Shown: positions 9,044 through 19,287, numbered from the stretch's first letter. The stretch is 64,000 bases of DNA from Nitrosopumilus sp. (GCA_965204345.1 OZ241981.1:1088001-1152000), one strand, 5' to 3'. Notes: generated by a model not told the origin, from the sequence alone. Made by a program: numbers and translations.

Positions 9044-9519
9044 GATTTTATTTCCTCATTACGACTTTTTAAACTATCCCTGACTTTGATGGCCACGCCT
9101 CTATTAAGATCAGATATCATTGCCGAGGATAAGATTGCCCTGCCAACAGCGATGACTTGATTTTTAAATAAAACGGGAGTATCTGCGGCAACCTGAATGT
9201 TTTTTCCACAGGATACCACATGTTTACAAAATACTGATCTGCCTTGCTCAACAAAAGGGGCAGCATCTGCATTGATTTCCACGCAATTTTCTTTGAATTT
9301 CTTATTTTTCAGTAACATCTGAGCAAAATGAGTACTAATGGCCAAACTTCCATCAATGCGTAAAGTGCATAGTAATTTTTCTTCATGTGAAACTGTTCGT
9401 ATTCTACCAGTCTTTCGTGAAAACGTCATTTCAATATCTTTTGGCAATAGTTTTGATGTGCCATTTCCAAACAATGCATCAAGGGAACACCGAAGTTTTA
9501 GAACATGATCCATAGGCAT
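9040..9519 (-). CDS. PUA-domain protein (archaeosine TGT C-terminal-like)
   Basis: SRKTGRIR, GRSVFCKHV, AVGRA and GVAIKVR motifs. Confidence 0.85.
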   Translation of the reverse strand: MPMDHVLKLRCSLDALFGNGTSKLLPKDIEMTFSRKTGRIRTVSHEEKLLCTLRIDGSLAISTHFAQMLLKNKKFKENCVEINADAAPFVEQGRSVFCKHVVSCGKNIQVAADTPVLFKNQVIAVGRAILSSAMISDLNRGVAIKVRDSLKSRNEEIKS

Positions 9520-9604
9520 AGTAAAATTTTATCTAAATATTAGTTGAATGTTAAACCATATTAGAAGAGCTAAACTATATAGAATAATAAATATCATTTA
9601 GATT

Positions 9605-10651
9605 ATGGAGGATGGAGAGGAAACACGAAAAATCCAATTTACTGGAAAATCATCATACATAGTATCATTGCCAAAACAATGGGTTATGGAGTTGGGTCTT
9701 AAACAGGGAGATCAGGTTAGAATGGTTAGAAAAGACTCATCAACATTAGAATTGTATCCGCCAAAATTTGAATCTAGAATACAGAAGAAAGAAGATGCGG
9801 TAATAGAAATCAAAGATGGTGAAGAAGCATCCTCAATTGTTAGAAAATTGATTTCGTTGTATTTTTTAGGATTTAAGACAATTAACGTAAAGCCAAAAAA
9901 TGGTAGATTAAGTGCATCCCAAAGAAATACAGTGAAAGGAGCTGTAAAGCGAATGCTAATGGGCTCTGAAATCATCGCAGATTCAAGCGGAGGAATCACA
10001 GTCCAGGTTCTCGTTAATCTATTAGAACTATCAGTAGATGGGGCATTCAAAAGAATGATTCATTTGGCAAAATCAATGTCAAGTGATGCAATTCTAGCAG
10101 TTAAGGAAAATAATGAGGAACTAGCACAAGAAGTAATCAATACGGATGATGAAGTAGACAGGTTTGGATTTTATATTATTCGTCAATTAAAGATAGCAAT
10201 ACAAAACGAGCACATGTTAAAAGAGATGGGATTTAGAAATGCCAGAAATTGTCTTGGATACAGGCTTGTCGTGAAAAATATTGAAAGAACAGGTGATCAT
10301 GCCGCATTTATTGCAAAAGATCTTTTAGAATTTAAAAAGCCTGTAAAAAAAGAAATTTTGCAAAAATTACAAGATATGAATGAATTTTGCCTGTCTGTTT
10401 TAGATGAATCATGTTTGGCATTATTCAAAGAGGATTATAATCAGGCTGAGAAAAATATTGCAAAAATTAATGAAGTTAGCAAGTATGAGAAAAAAGTAAC
10501 AGATGCGGCAAAATCACTAAAAGATGACGAAGAGATTTACAGAGTCAGAAGAATGACTGAAAACATTAGAAGAATTTCTGAATATGCCAGTGATATAGCA
10601 GAAATAGTTTTGAATATGAATATTGAAAAAACACTCAAAAAAACAGAATAA
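9605..10651 (+). CDS. phoU: AbrB/SpoVT-PhoU phosphate uptake regulator
   Basis: RKIQFTGKSSYIVSLPKQW AbrB domain; DDEVDRF and ERTGDHA PhoU repeats. Confidence 0.92.
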   Translation: MEDGEETRKIQFTGKSSYIVSLPKQWVMELGLKQGDQVRMVRKDSSTLELYPPKFESRIQKKEDAVIEIKDGEEASSIVRKLISLYFLGFKTINVKPKNGRLSASQRNTVKGAVKRMLMGSEIIADSSGGITVQVLVNLLELSVDGAFKRMIHLAKSMSSDAILAVKENNEELAQEVINTDDEVDRFGFYIIRQLKIAIQNEHMLKEMGFRNARNCLGYRLVVKNIERTGDHAAFIAKDLLEFKKPVKKEILQKLQDMNEFCLSVLDESCLALFKEDYNQAEKNIAKINEVSKYEKKVTDAAKSLKDDEEIYRVRRMTENIRRISEYASDIAEIVLNMNIEKTLKKTE

Positions 10652-10704
10652 TTGGGCAAAAACAGGTGCAATGAAATTTATTCATATTCCAGGAATGAAA
10701 TTAA

Positions 10705-11823
10705 ATGAATTCTGCAATTTTAATCACATATGATAAAAAAGACTCAGTAAATGAGGCTAAAGGATTGTGCGATGCGGCTGGATACGAAATTATGCATGTT
10801 ATCAGAGAGAATTTTTTACAGAAGCCAAAATACGGAATTAGCGGGGGGGTATTAGAGAAATTAGAGGAAATATCAGAGAGATTAAGACCGGATGTAATCA
10901 TATATGATGAAATTCTAAAACCTAGTCAAAATTATAATCTTGCAACAGTCCTTCACAGAGAGGTCTTAGATAGGGAAGCATTAATTCTGGAAATCTTTGA
11001 GAGTAGGGCATCAAGTGCAGAATCAAAATTACAGGTAAAATTGGCACAGTTAAGATATGAGATGGCTAGGGCAAAAGAGAAGGTCCGACTTGCAAATATG
11101 GGCGAACAGCCAGGATTTATGGGAATAGGAAAATTTGAGGTTGATGTGTACTATAATGACATCAAGCATCGAATGCAAACAATAAGAGCTAAACTTGACA
11201 AAGCTGGAAAACAAAGAGAATTGCATAGACAGGGAAGAAAGAGAATGGGATTTAAGACAATATCACTTGCAGGATATACCTCTGCAGGGAAAACCACATT
11301 GTTTAACAAAACAACTGGAGAAACAAGAACACAAAGTAAAAAATTGTTTACAACTCTTACTACAACTACTAGAAGAGTAATGATTAATCAGGAGCCATTT
11401 TTAATTGCAGATACAGTTGGATTTATCAGCAAATTGCCTGCATATATGATTGATGCATTCAAATCAACATTGGAAGAGTTAGTACATACGGATCTAATCA
11501 TTGTAGTAATTGATATTAATGATTCAATTTCGGAATTAAAAAAGAAATTTTCAAGTTGTATGAGAACATTAAGTGAGTTGGGAGTTAAAAAGGACAAAAT
11601 CTTTTACGCTCTAAATAAATCGGATTTATTAGAAAAAGGGCAAATTGAGGAGAAAATTGATATCTTAAACCTGACTGAAAATAAGAAATTAATTTCAGTT
11701 TCTGCAAAAACAGGAAAAAATGTACAAGAGTTAAAACAGCTAGTCAAAGAAATAATAGACAGTCAGAGTTTTCATAGGCCTAAAAGTTCGTGGGAAGAGG
11801 TTGAGGAGAAATTTGGTAATTGA
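10705..11823 (+). CDS. hflX: GTPase HflX
   Basis: [37 protein letters not shown]. Confidence 0.95.
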   Translation: MNSAILITYDKKDSVNEAKGLCDAAGYEIMHVIRENFLQKPKYGISGGVLEKLEEISERLRPDVIIYDEILKPSQNYNLATVLHREVLDREALILEIFESRASSAESKLQVKLAQLRYEMARAKEKVRLANMGEQPGFMGIGKFEVDVYYNDIKHRMQTIRAKLDKAGKQRELHRQGRKRMGFKTISLAGYTSAGKTTLFNKTTGETRTQSKKLFTTLTTTTRRVMINQEPFLIADTVGFISKLPAYMIDAFKSTLEELVHTDLIIVVIDINDSISELKKKFSSCMRTLSELGVKKDKIFYALNKSDLLEKGQIEEKIDILNLTENKKLISVSAKTGKNVQELKQLVKEIIDSQSFHRPKSSWEEVEEKFGN

Positions 11824-12346
11824 GGTAGTTAGAATTGGACAGCGTGTAGTAAGGGATGATAGGGTAACAACACATGTTGCGCTTGTCTCAAGGGGGTTTG
11901 GTGCAGAGAGAATTTACATGACAGAAGTTAATCCAGAAATCAAAGATACCATTGGAAAGATCAATAAAACATGGGGAGGAGATTTTAAAGTGGAATTTAT
12001 CGATAGTTGGAAAAGTACCGTAAAAAAGAAGAGGGAGGAAAAATTTAAGATTGTTCATCTCTCAATGTATGGTGAAAATATCAATACAATGCAAAAGGAA
12101 CTGCAAGGGGAGGAAAATTTGCTAGTTGTTGTAGGCGCAGAAAAAGTTCCACGTGAAATTTATGAGTTGGCCGACTATAACATAGGGGTCGGAAGTCAGC
12201 CACATTCAGAAATTAGTGCCTTGGCAGTTATTTTAGACCGTATACAAGGCGGTCAACAGTTTGAAAAAGAATTTCCAAACGCAAAAAGGAAGATCATTCC
12301 TACCAAAAATGGTAAAAACGTGCAGGTAAAAGAAACAAGGGATTAA
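11801..12346 (+). CDS. trm56: tRNA (cytidine(56)-2'-O)-methyltransferase (start may be a few codons downstream)
   Basis: [42 protein letters not shown] motifs. Confidence 0.93.
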   Translation: MRRNLVIEVVRIGQRVVRDDRVTTHVALVSRGFGAERIYMTEVNPEIKDTIGKINKTWGGDFKVEFIDSWKSTVKKKREEKFKIVHLSMYGENINTMQKELQGEENLLVVVGAEKVPREIYELADYNIGVGSQPHSEISALAVILDRIQGGQQFEKEFPNAKRKIIPTKNGKNVQVKETRD

Positions 12347-12372
12347 TAGTAGAAAATCAGGAGTGATTAGAG

Positions 12373-12888
12373 TTGGTAGATAAATACGAAGATCCTTTTG
12401 TCAGGATTGCTTCAATGATTGGCGGGGATGAATATCTCAAGGTAGCAAGATCCCTGCTAAAAGCTGAGGATGCTACAGATGAAGAAATTGCAAGCTCAAC
12501 AGGTCTCAGAATTAACATGGTGAGAAAAGTATTGTATGATCTATTTGGAAAATCACTCATTACCGGAATCAGAGTCAAAGATGAAAGAAAAGGTTGGTTT
12601 GTCTACAGATGGAGGACCAGAAGGGAAGAAGTTGAACATTTTATTGAAAGTCAAAAGAAGAAGATTGATGAAAGGTTACAGCAACGATTGGATTATGAAA
12701 ACGCTTCAGATTTTTATCATTGTGGAAATGAGGATTGCCCAAGAGTGACATTTGAAAATGCCCTTGATGGCATGTTCAAATGCCCATCATGTCAAAATGT
12801 ACTTAATCTGAAAAAGAATGACAAATCAAAAAAGGCATATCAGAAGAAGATTGATGAAATCAAAAAAGATATGCAGCAAACATTTTAG
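12373..12888 (+). CDS. tfe: Transcription factor E (TFE alpha)
   Basis: ATDEEIA...VRKVLYDL winged helix; GWFVYRW; Zn ribbon FKCPSC. Confidence 0.93.
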   Translation: MVDKYEDPFVRIASMIGGDEYLKVARSLLKAEDATDEEIASSTGLRINMVRKVLYDLFGKSLITGIRVKDERKGWFVYRWRTRREEVEHFIESQKKKIDERLQQRLDYENASDFYHCGNEDCPRVTFENALDGMFKCPSCQNVLNLKKNDKSKKAYQKKIDEIKKDMQQTF

Positions 12889-12941
12889 GCAGATTCAAAA
12901 CATGTTACTAAAATAAATAGACCGAATTTATAGAAATATTC

Positions 12942-14333
12942 TTGAATCAAATATCCACTGTAAATCCATCTACAGGCGAAGAAATTAAAACATTTTCAGC
13001 TATGGATAAAAATCAAGTATTTGACTTGGTGAGAAAAGCAAAAAGAGCATATCCGGAATGGAAGAAAGATTATGAAAAACGAAGAAGCTATATCTACAAT
13101 TTAGTAGAGTATCTAAAGAAGAATAAGACAGAGCTTGCAAAAGTTGCTACAACTGAAATGGGTAAACCACTCAAGGAATCAATCGGAGAGGTTGAAAAAT
13201 GTGCGTGGGCATTAGAATTTTATGCAGATCATGGGGATAGTTTTCTGTCTGATGAAGTATTAAACACAGATGCAAGGAAAAGTTTTCTAACTTTTGAGCC
13301 ACTTGGGGTTATTGGCTCTATCATGCCATGGAATTTTCCATACTGGCAGGCACTAAGATTTGCAGCTCCCTGCCTAATGGCAGGAAACGTAATTGTCATG
13401 AAACCCTCAAGAGTCACGATGCAGTCAGGCATTGAAATAGAAAAAGCGTTTACTGAATCAGGAATGCCAGATGGGATTTTTCAGACCGTAGTAGGAAGTG
13501 TTGATTCAGCCAATCACTTGATTGATTCAGACGTTAACGCTGTGACATTTACCGGCAGTACCAATGCAGGGGCAAAAGTAGGACAAAGAGCTGCCAGCAA
13601 TTTAAAAAAATGTGTTTTAGAATTAGGCGGAAGTGATCCTTTCATAGTATTAGATGATGCAATTATAGAAAAAGCAGCAGAAGGAGCTGCCAAAGGAAGA
13701 TTCATCAATTGTGGTCAAAGCTGTGTAGCATCAAAAAGATTTTTTGTTGGTAAAAATATTGCAGAAGAGTTTATTGAGGTATTTATTAAAAAAACATCAG
13801 AACTCAAGGTAGGAGATCCTTTGTCTATGGATACAGACATAGGACCAATTTCAAGTGAGGATGGATTAGAAACAATATCGGATATCGTCGAAGATGCAAA
13901 ACAAAAAGGTGCTGAAATTCTTTTGGGCGGTTCTAAAATAGATGGAAAAGGATTTTTCTACAAGCCTACAATTCTTACAAACATCAAGCCAGACATGAGA
14001 ATTGCAAAAGAAGAGACATTTGGTCCGGTGGCACCAATTACAATAGTTGAAAATGAAAGTGAGGCAGTAAAGTTAGCTAATCAAAGTGAATTTGGTTTGG
14101 GTGCCAGTATCTGGACAAAAGATCTTGCCAAAGCAGATAAAATGTCAAGAAGAATTGAATCGGGAATAGTCAGCGTAAATAATGTCGTAATTTCTGATCC
14201 AAGAATTCCGTTTGGTGGAATCAAACACAGCGGGTTTGGAAGAGAATTGTCAAGATATGGAATGTTGGAATTTGTGAATCTAAAATCAGTTAGATTTTAT
14301 GATAATTTGATACATCACCACTATGTAGAATAA
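12942..14333 (+). CDS. NAD(P)-dependent aldehyde dehydrogenase, succinate-semialdehyde dehydrogenase type
   Basis: MPWNFP, FTGST, LELGGSDP, NCGQSC (catalytic Cys), EETFGP, PFGGIKHSGFGRE. Confidence 0.92.
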   Translation: MNQISTVNPSTGEEIKTFSAMDKNQVFDLVRKAKRAYPEWKKDYEKRRSYIYNLVEYLKKNKTELAKVATTEMGKPLKESIGEVEKCAWALEFYADHGDSFLSDEVLNTDARKSFLTFEPLGVIGSIMPWNFPYWQALRFAAPCLMAGNVIVMKPSRVTMQSGIEIEKAFTESGMPDGIFQTVVGSVDSANHLIDSDVNAVTFTGSTNAGAKVGQRAASNLKKCVLELGGSDPFIVLDDAIIEKAAEGAAKGRFINCGQSCVASKRFFVGKNIAEEFIEVFIKKTSELKVGDPLSMDTDIGPISSEDGLETISDIVEDAKQKGAEILLGGSKIDGKGFFYKPTILTNIKPDMRIAKEETFGPVAPITIVENESEAVKLANQSEFGLGASIWTKDLAKADKMSRRIESGIVSVNNVVISDPRIPFGGIKHSGFGRELSRYGMLEFVNLKSVRFYDNLIHHHYVE

Positions 14334-14348
14334 GAAAATTTGAAAATA

Positions 14349-14630
14349 TCATTCTTCTAATTCATCTTCTTCTAGTTCGTCATCATCGCATTCCTCTAGC
14401 TCAACATGGGTCGGATTACCATCATCTCCAAAGAAAATTTCAATACAAATGCCAGTAGCTAAAGTTGAGACCAGAATATCGATTAGTTCCTTGGGAAAAC
14501 CGCCCAGTCTGCTTGGATTAGAAGAATATCGATATGTGGTTAATTCCTCATCATGATAAAAATCAACTTCAATGTCTCCGGTAGTAAATTTTCTTACAGT
14601 TTCTACCTGACCAAACGTGCTGTGTGACAA
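14349..14630 (-). CDS. Hypothetical acidic protein
   Basis: 93-aa ORF 2 bp downstream of the hemerythrin gene. Confidence 0.65.
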   Translation of the reverse strand: MSHSTFGQVETVRKFTTGDIEVDFYHDEELTTYRYSSNPSRLGGFPKELIDILVSTLATGICIEIFFGDDGNPTHVELEECDDDELEEDELEE

Positions 14631-14632
14631 AG

Positions 14633-15190
14633 TTAATTTCCCTGCTCAGAAACATCCTTGATGAGATTTTCAGCTAGTTGTTCATAATATCCTCGGGTTT
14701 TTCCAAGCTCTCCAAGTTTAGATTTTTCAATTTCTCCAAGTTCTTTGTCAACTTTTCCTGAAACATGTTGTAACCTCGCCTCGGCCATCATAAACAGTCT
14801 GTTATTCTCTTTCCACAAATGTTCAGTAATGTGTTCAACATATTGCTGCATATCACTGATCAGTTTTGCTGAATCTCCAGATGAAAGATATTCCTTTGCA
14901 GAGGCCTCCATTGCAGTGCCAATTTCTCGCGAACGTTGATGATCAATTAACATCATTGCAATAGGACCCATGTTGGGAGGCAAACCGGCTTGTTCTAAGG
15001 CAGGAAATAATGATTTTTCTTCTTTGCTATGATGACATACATCAGTAAAGTTTTTTGAAAAATCAATTACAGGCAGCAGTATGGATTCGGGAATTTGTTT
15101 GCCATCACTTAACAATTCAATAGTAGACTGCATGGCTTTGATTACTTTTTCTATTAATTCATGATCACGTCTTAATGATATAGTGGACAT
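14633..15190 (-). CDS. Hemerythrin (HHE cation-binding) domain protein
   Basis: LRRDH, CHHSKEEKSLFP, MLIDH, EHLWKENNRLF. Confidence 0.92.
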   Translation of the reverse strand: MSTISLRRDHELIEKVIKAMQSTIELLSDGKQIPESILLPVIDFSKNFTDVCHHSKEEKSLFPALEQAGLPPNMGPIAMMLIDHQRSREIGTAMEASAKEYLSSGDSAKLISDMQQYVEHITEHLWKENNRLFMMAEARLQHVSGKVDKELGEIEKSKLGELGKTRGYYEQLAENLIKDVSEQGN

Positions 15191-15288
15191 GTAAATTTTA
15201 CAGTAAATCCAATATCTATATCTTGTTCATTCTAAGAAAAATAATTAAAAGATAGAAATTAGTTAACGATATTTCGTTAACAATGGAT

Positions 15289-15510
15289 CTAACGATTGGA
15301 AAGGCTTTTTGATTTTACAAATGCCCAAATCTTTTTAGTCATTTCACTTGGTGGAATAGGTTTCTTGCCAAATACCTGTTCGACAGTTTCAGTACGCCCT
15401 GCAAAACTAATTGCATATCCGCCAAATGCTGGTTTTTTAGATTTTGATTTGGTTGCCTTCTTTTTTGGTGCAGATTTACTTTTTGGTGCAGCTTTCTTTT
15501 TTATTGCCAA
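15289..15510 (-). CDS. Small basic protein: Lys/Ala-rich tail + truncated SWIB/MDM2-like domain
   Basis: KKKAAPKSKSAPKKKATK; VFGKKPIPPSEMTKKIWAFVKSKSL resembles the SWIB core. Confidence 0.75.
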   Translation of the reverse strand: MAIKKKAAPKSKSAPKKKATKSKSKKPAFGGYAISFAGRTETVEQVFGKKPIPPSEMTKKIWAFVKSKSLSNR

Positions 15511-15546
15511 TTTCTTGTAATTTTATTTCAAAGAAAGTATAATAAC

Positions 15547-16203
15547 TTACACCTTGAGATAATTCAAAACCAGATGATTTTTGAGCCTCTTGATTGATTT
15601 GAGTCGCAGATTGGGGGATTCTGAAATTTTATCAAATCCTGCACCCTGAATAAAGGATATTGCATCATTTCCACCAATAAGAAACGGTGAAAGAGTGACA
15701 ATCATTTCATCAAAAAGGTCTTGTCTTACAAATTCCCAATTTACGGTTCCTCCGCCTTCAACAATGACGGATTTAAAATTTTTCTTTGATAATTTTTTTA
15801 AAAGGGACTTGATGTTTACGGTATTTTTTCCAACAGTAATTATCTCAACAGGGAACCGGTTTAATGTTTGAAGATTTTTTTTAGTAATGGCTTGGGATAC
15901 AGCTATAATTGTAGGAACTTTATTTGAAGTTTGTAACAATTTTGAATTTATGGAAATTTCACCTTTGGAATCCAGTATTATCCTAACAGGGTTTTTTCCT
16001 TTGGTATGACGTACAGTCAACAAAGGATTATCCTTGATTACAGTATTTTTTCCAACAATAATTCCGTCTGCCTTACTTCGTAGTTTGTGCAACCTAGCAA
16101 GATCTTTAGCAGAAGATAGTTTTGAATTTCCTATTCTGGTAGCAATCTTGCCATCAATAGATATTGCTGCACTCAGAATTACATAAGGCCTAGAGTTTTC
16201 CAT
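15547..16203 (-). CDS. arfC: 2,5-diamino-6-(ribosylamino)-4(3H)-pyrimidinone 5'-phosphate reductase (RibD C-terminal/Rib7 type)
   Basis: AISIDGKIA, DNPLLTVR, PVRIILDS, VIVEGGG. Confidence 0.92.
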   Translation of the reverse strand: MENSRPYVILSAAISIDGKIATRIGNSKLSSAKDLARLHKLRSKADGIIVGKNTVIKDNPLLTVRHTKGKNPVRIILDSKGEISINSKLLQTSNKVPTIIAVSQAITKKNLQTLNRFPVEIITVGKNTVNIKSLLKKLSKKNFKSVIVEGGGTVNWEFVRQDLFDEMIVTLSPFLIGGNDAISFIQGAGFDKISESPNLRLKSIKRLKNHLVLNYLKV

Positions 16204-17380
16204 AAACTAACTTTCCTCCAATCATTACGGCTTTAATTGCAGATTCAGATGCTCTATGGACAATTGATGCGTGTGGATTATGCATGGGTTCTAAATCTAA
16301 TGCATGTTTATCTAGAAAAATACAATCTGCAAGCTTGCCGGACTGAATTAGTCCAATTTTTTTATTCAAAATCTTCCCGCCATTTACAGTAGCCATCTTA
16401 AGAATTTCTTTTGCATCGATTCGTTTTCTATGAATGCCCATTGTAACTTTCCAAATAAAATCCATTTCTCTAAACATGTCAGGGGAGTTAATCATCACGT
16501 TATCTGTGCCTAGAGCTAGGGTACAGCCGGATTTCTGCATTAGTTCAATATCAGGAATGCCTTCAGCAAGTGACGAATTAGCTCTAGGACAGACCACCAG
16601 TCCCCTGGTTTTTTTGGATGCCATTTGCAGATCAGATTTGGAGGCATAAGTCATGTGAACCAAAAAGTCGGGTCTTAGGGATAACGCTCTTGCAGTTTCA
16701 GATTTTCCTGTAATTTTTTTGGATTTTGTAGTGCTCTGTTTGGTTTCAGCTGAATGTATCGCTTTTAATTTTGATATTTTTGAATAGTGATTTAGTACTG
16801 AAATGCTGTTTTCGTTTGCACCGCTAACGCCAATTCCATCACATTTTTTTAATAATGACAAGAATTCGCTAGATTTTGTTCTTGGAAAAGACGAATTTTT
16901 TTGGATTTCTTTGGTATTTTGATAGAATTCCATACGTCCTAAAATAATACAGCGTATTGGAATGTCAGATAATGCTTTTTTTAGTAGAATCACGCCATCT
17001 AATCCACCCTCCCGAAAATCAACAAAAGTAGTGATGCCTTTTCTAATCATTGAATAACACGTATTTTTCATAAAATTTCCTAGGTTTTCTTCAGAAGTAT
17101 GTTTGAGAATTTTTGATTTAACGCCAAAAACCGGGTGAATTTTTTCATCAACCGTATTGTTTAAAGAAATATCTTTTCCAATTGAATCTCCCACATGTGT
17201 ATGAGCATTGATAAAACCGGGAATCATCAATAGTCCTTCACAGTCTAAGGAATCCTCTTTTGGAGTTGATTTGATTTTGGAATTAATTTTCTGAAATTTG
17301 TTTTTATGAATTCTTACATCAGTACTTGAAACAAAATCTAAATCCTGTCCCAATAACGCACTGATGTTTTTGATTAGCAT
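16190..17380 (-). CDS. Metal-dependent amidohydrolase/deaminase within the riboflavin operon
   Basis: PGFINAHTH, IHSAE, LVHM, CPRAN, LGTDN, MATVNG. Confidence 0.9.
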   Translation of the reverse strand: MLIKNISALLGQDLDFVSSTDVRIHKNKFQKINSKIKSTPKEDSLDCEGLLMIPGFINAHTHVGDSIGKDISLNNTVDEKIHPVFGVKSKILKHTSEENLGNFMKNTCYSMIRKGITTFVDFREGGLDGVILLKKALSDIPIRCIILGRMEFYQNTKEIQKNSSFPRTKSSEFLSLLKKCDGIGVSGANENSISVLNHYSKISKLKAIHSAETKQSTTKSKKITGKSETARALSLRPDFLVHMTYASKSDLQMASKKTRGLVVCPRANSSLAEGIPDIELMQKSGCTLALGTDNVMINSPDMFREMDFIWKVTMGIHRKRIDAKEILKMATVNGGKILNKKIGLIQSGKLADCIFLDKHALDLEPMHNPHASIVHRASESAIKAVMIGGKLVYGKL

Positions 17381-18126
17381 GATAATTCATAAATTTCAGG
17401 TTTTGCTTTTCCCGAATCCCGAATTTCCCTAATTGTATCAAGTGATTTTGTGGCCAATTTTACAGCCTCTCTGCCGGTATTAGCATTACCAATTCCACAA
17501 TTCAGAGAAATTTTGTTGTCATTCCTTACAACATTAATAAAATCTTGTACGGATTTTTTTGCCTCTTCGTTTGCAACAACCATAAAATTATCGCCTCCCA
17601 TAAAAAATGTGAGAGAGTTTTTTTCTAGAAAATATTTAGACATTTGGGAATACAATTCAAAAATAATTGATGAAATTTCATAAGGAGAGTCAGTTGCTCT
17701 TCTTGAGGTTAGATCATCAACATCCAAATGCATTATTGTAACATTTGAATCAGAATTTTTGTCAACAAAACCAAAAATATTGTGCTCTTTGTTCAAAATA
17801 ATTTTATTTTTTTTGCCTTCATATGCCTTTAAATTTGCTTCAAATGGAGAGACGCCATATCCAATGGATATTGTTAGTCCAACATCAAATGACTGTTCAA
17901 GTATCTTTTGAATTTGGATATGATCATCTAGTACCAAGCCATTAGAAATTACAAAGAATTCATCTGCCCGGTTAAGAAAAACGGTACAATTTTTTTCAGA
18001 AAATAATTTCTGTATTTTTTTGTATAATGAGGCTTGAAGCATTTGGAGTTCATGTTCTCTGTCACTGCCTAAAGTTAATGTCCAAGGACCGTATTCTGTT
18101 ATTTTTAGGATGCTTAGTTGAATCAT
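17374..18126 (-). CDS. gch3: GTP cyclohydrolase III (IIa)
   Basis: YGPWTLTLGSDREHELQMLQA, HLDVDD, FFMGGDNF. Confidence 0.93.
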   Translation of the reverse strand: MIQLSILKITEYGPWTLTLGSDREHELQMLQASLYKKIQKLFSEKNCTVFLNRADEFFVISNGLVLDDHIQIQKILEQSFDVGLTISIGYGVSPFEANLKAYEGKKNKIILNKEHNIFGFVDKNSDSNVTIMHLDVDDLTSRRATDSPYEISSIIFELYSQMSKYFLEKNSLTFFMGGDNFMVVANEEAKKSVQDFINVVRNDNKISLNCGIGNANTGREAVKLATKSLDTIREIRDSGKAKPEIYELSC

Positions 18127-18539
18127 GTTTGAATCCTTTTTAGTTCAGCAGATATCTTCACAACAGCCTCTACTGCACGCTCAGCAACAGGCCTGATTCT
18201 AGCATAGGCATGCCTTTCTTGCATTCCAGGGCCGGAGATCCCTAAGGAAACCGGTTTTTTGTGTTTCAGTGATAAATCAGTCAAAGATTGTGCTGCAGCA
18301 TGAGAAATTACTTCATCATGTTTTGTCTGTCCCTTTATGATAGCACCCAAGGTCACTACGGCATCCACATCTTTTTTGTTCAATAATGAATCCACAATTA
18401 TAGGCATATCATAGGCTCCTGGAACCATGCAGATATGAGATACCTTTAATTTCATAAGATCTGCCTTTTCTTTAGCAATAGCAAGCATCCTAGATGTCAC
18501 TTCCTCATTGAATTCCGAAACTACTATTGCAATATTCAA
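18123..18539 (-). CDS. ribH: 6,7-dimethyl-8-ribityllumazine synthase
   Basis: IAIVVSEFN, VPGAYDMP, LGAIIKGQTKHD. Confidence 0.96.
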   Translation of the reverse strand: MNIAIVVSEFNEEVTSRMLAIAKEKADLMKLKVSHICMVPGAYDMPIIVDSLLNKKDVDAVVTLGAIIKGQTKHDEVISHAAAQSLTDLSLKHKKPVSLGISGPGMQERHAYARIRPVAERAVEAVVKISAELKRIQT

Positions 18540-18541
18540 AA

Positions 18542-19207
18542 CTAGTTCACCTTGGCGTATTCTAAAAGATCTTTTCCATCAACTAATGGAATGCCATTTT
18601 GTTTTGCAAATTTTTCAGCTTTTTCGATAGATAATGCAGCATAAGTCTCTGCATCCATCATTTCACATATTGCAGTTATAGGGGTCAGTCCTGCAGCTTG
18701 TGCTAAATAAACAGACATTTCTGTATGTCCTTGCCGTGCAGCTAACAAGCCTTTAGAGGCAATTAACAGCGGAACATGTCCCGGAGTTTTAAAAGAGGAT
18801 ACAAATTTTTTCTGTTTGTGTTCAACATTATAGATTTTGGCCATTTCATTGATTGTAAGTGCCCTATCTTTATCAGTAATTCCAGTATATGTTTGATAGT
18901 GATTAACAGATAGTGAAAATGTTGGATAGTCACCATAAGGAGCTAATCCCATTATCATTTCCTTATTTGAAATTGATGATTCAGAAAGAATTTCATGCAT
19001 ATATTGTAAATCTAGAGATGTTGCAAAATTATTGTCAATTGCCATACATAGCAATCCGCCGGCATTTTGACGCATTCTTGCAATATGTTCAGGAGTAACA
19101 AATTCGGCTGCAACTACCATATCAATTTCATTTTCTCGTCCAGCAGAATCAAAGAGTAGAACAAATTCGCCACGTTTTAGAGATTGTAGCGCAGATTCTA
19201 GCAGCAT
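18542..19207 (-). CDS. ribB: 3,4-dihydroxy-2-butanone 4-phosphate synthase
   Basis: RENEIDM, TGITDKDRA, PGHV, RQGHTE, CEMMD. Confidence 0.95.
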   Translation of the reverse strand: MLLESALQSLKRGEFVLLFDSAGRENEIDMVVAAEFVTPEHIARMRQNAGGLLCMAIDNNFATSLDLQYMHEILSESSISNKEMIMGLAPYGDYPTFSLSVNHYQTYTGITDKDRALTINEMAKIYNVEHKQKKFVSSFKTPGHVPLLIASKGLLAARQGHTEMSVYLAQAAGLTPITAICEMMDAETYAALSIEKAEKFAKQNGIPLVDGKDLLEYAKVN

Positions 19208-19241
19208 TTAAGGAAAAACTTCAAAAATCTAATTATAAAGT

Positions 19242-19277
19242 TTACTAAAAAATTGGTAATTACCACTAAATTTGTAC
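19242..19277. promoter_or_regulatory. Tandem 18-bp imperfect palindromes upstream of the ribB promoter (candidate RbkR-type operator)
   Basis: TTACTAAAAAATTGGTAA (19242-59) abuts TTACCACTAAATTTGTAC (19260-77), just upstream of TATA-like CTTTATAA on the minus strand (about 19233-40). Confidence 0.5.
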
Positions 19278-19287
19278 ATATTTGCCT

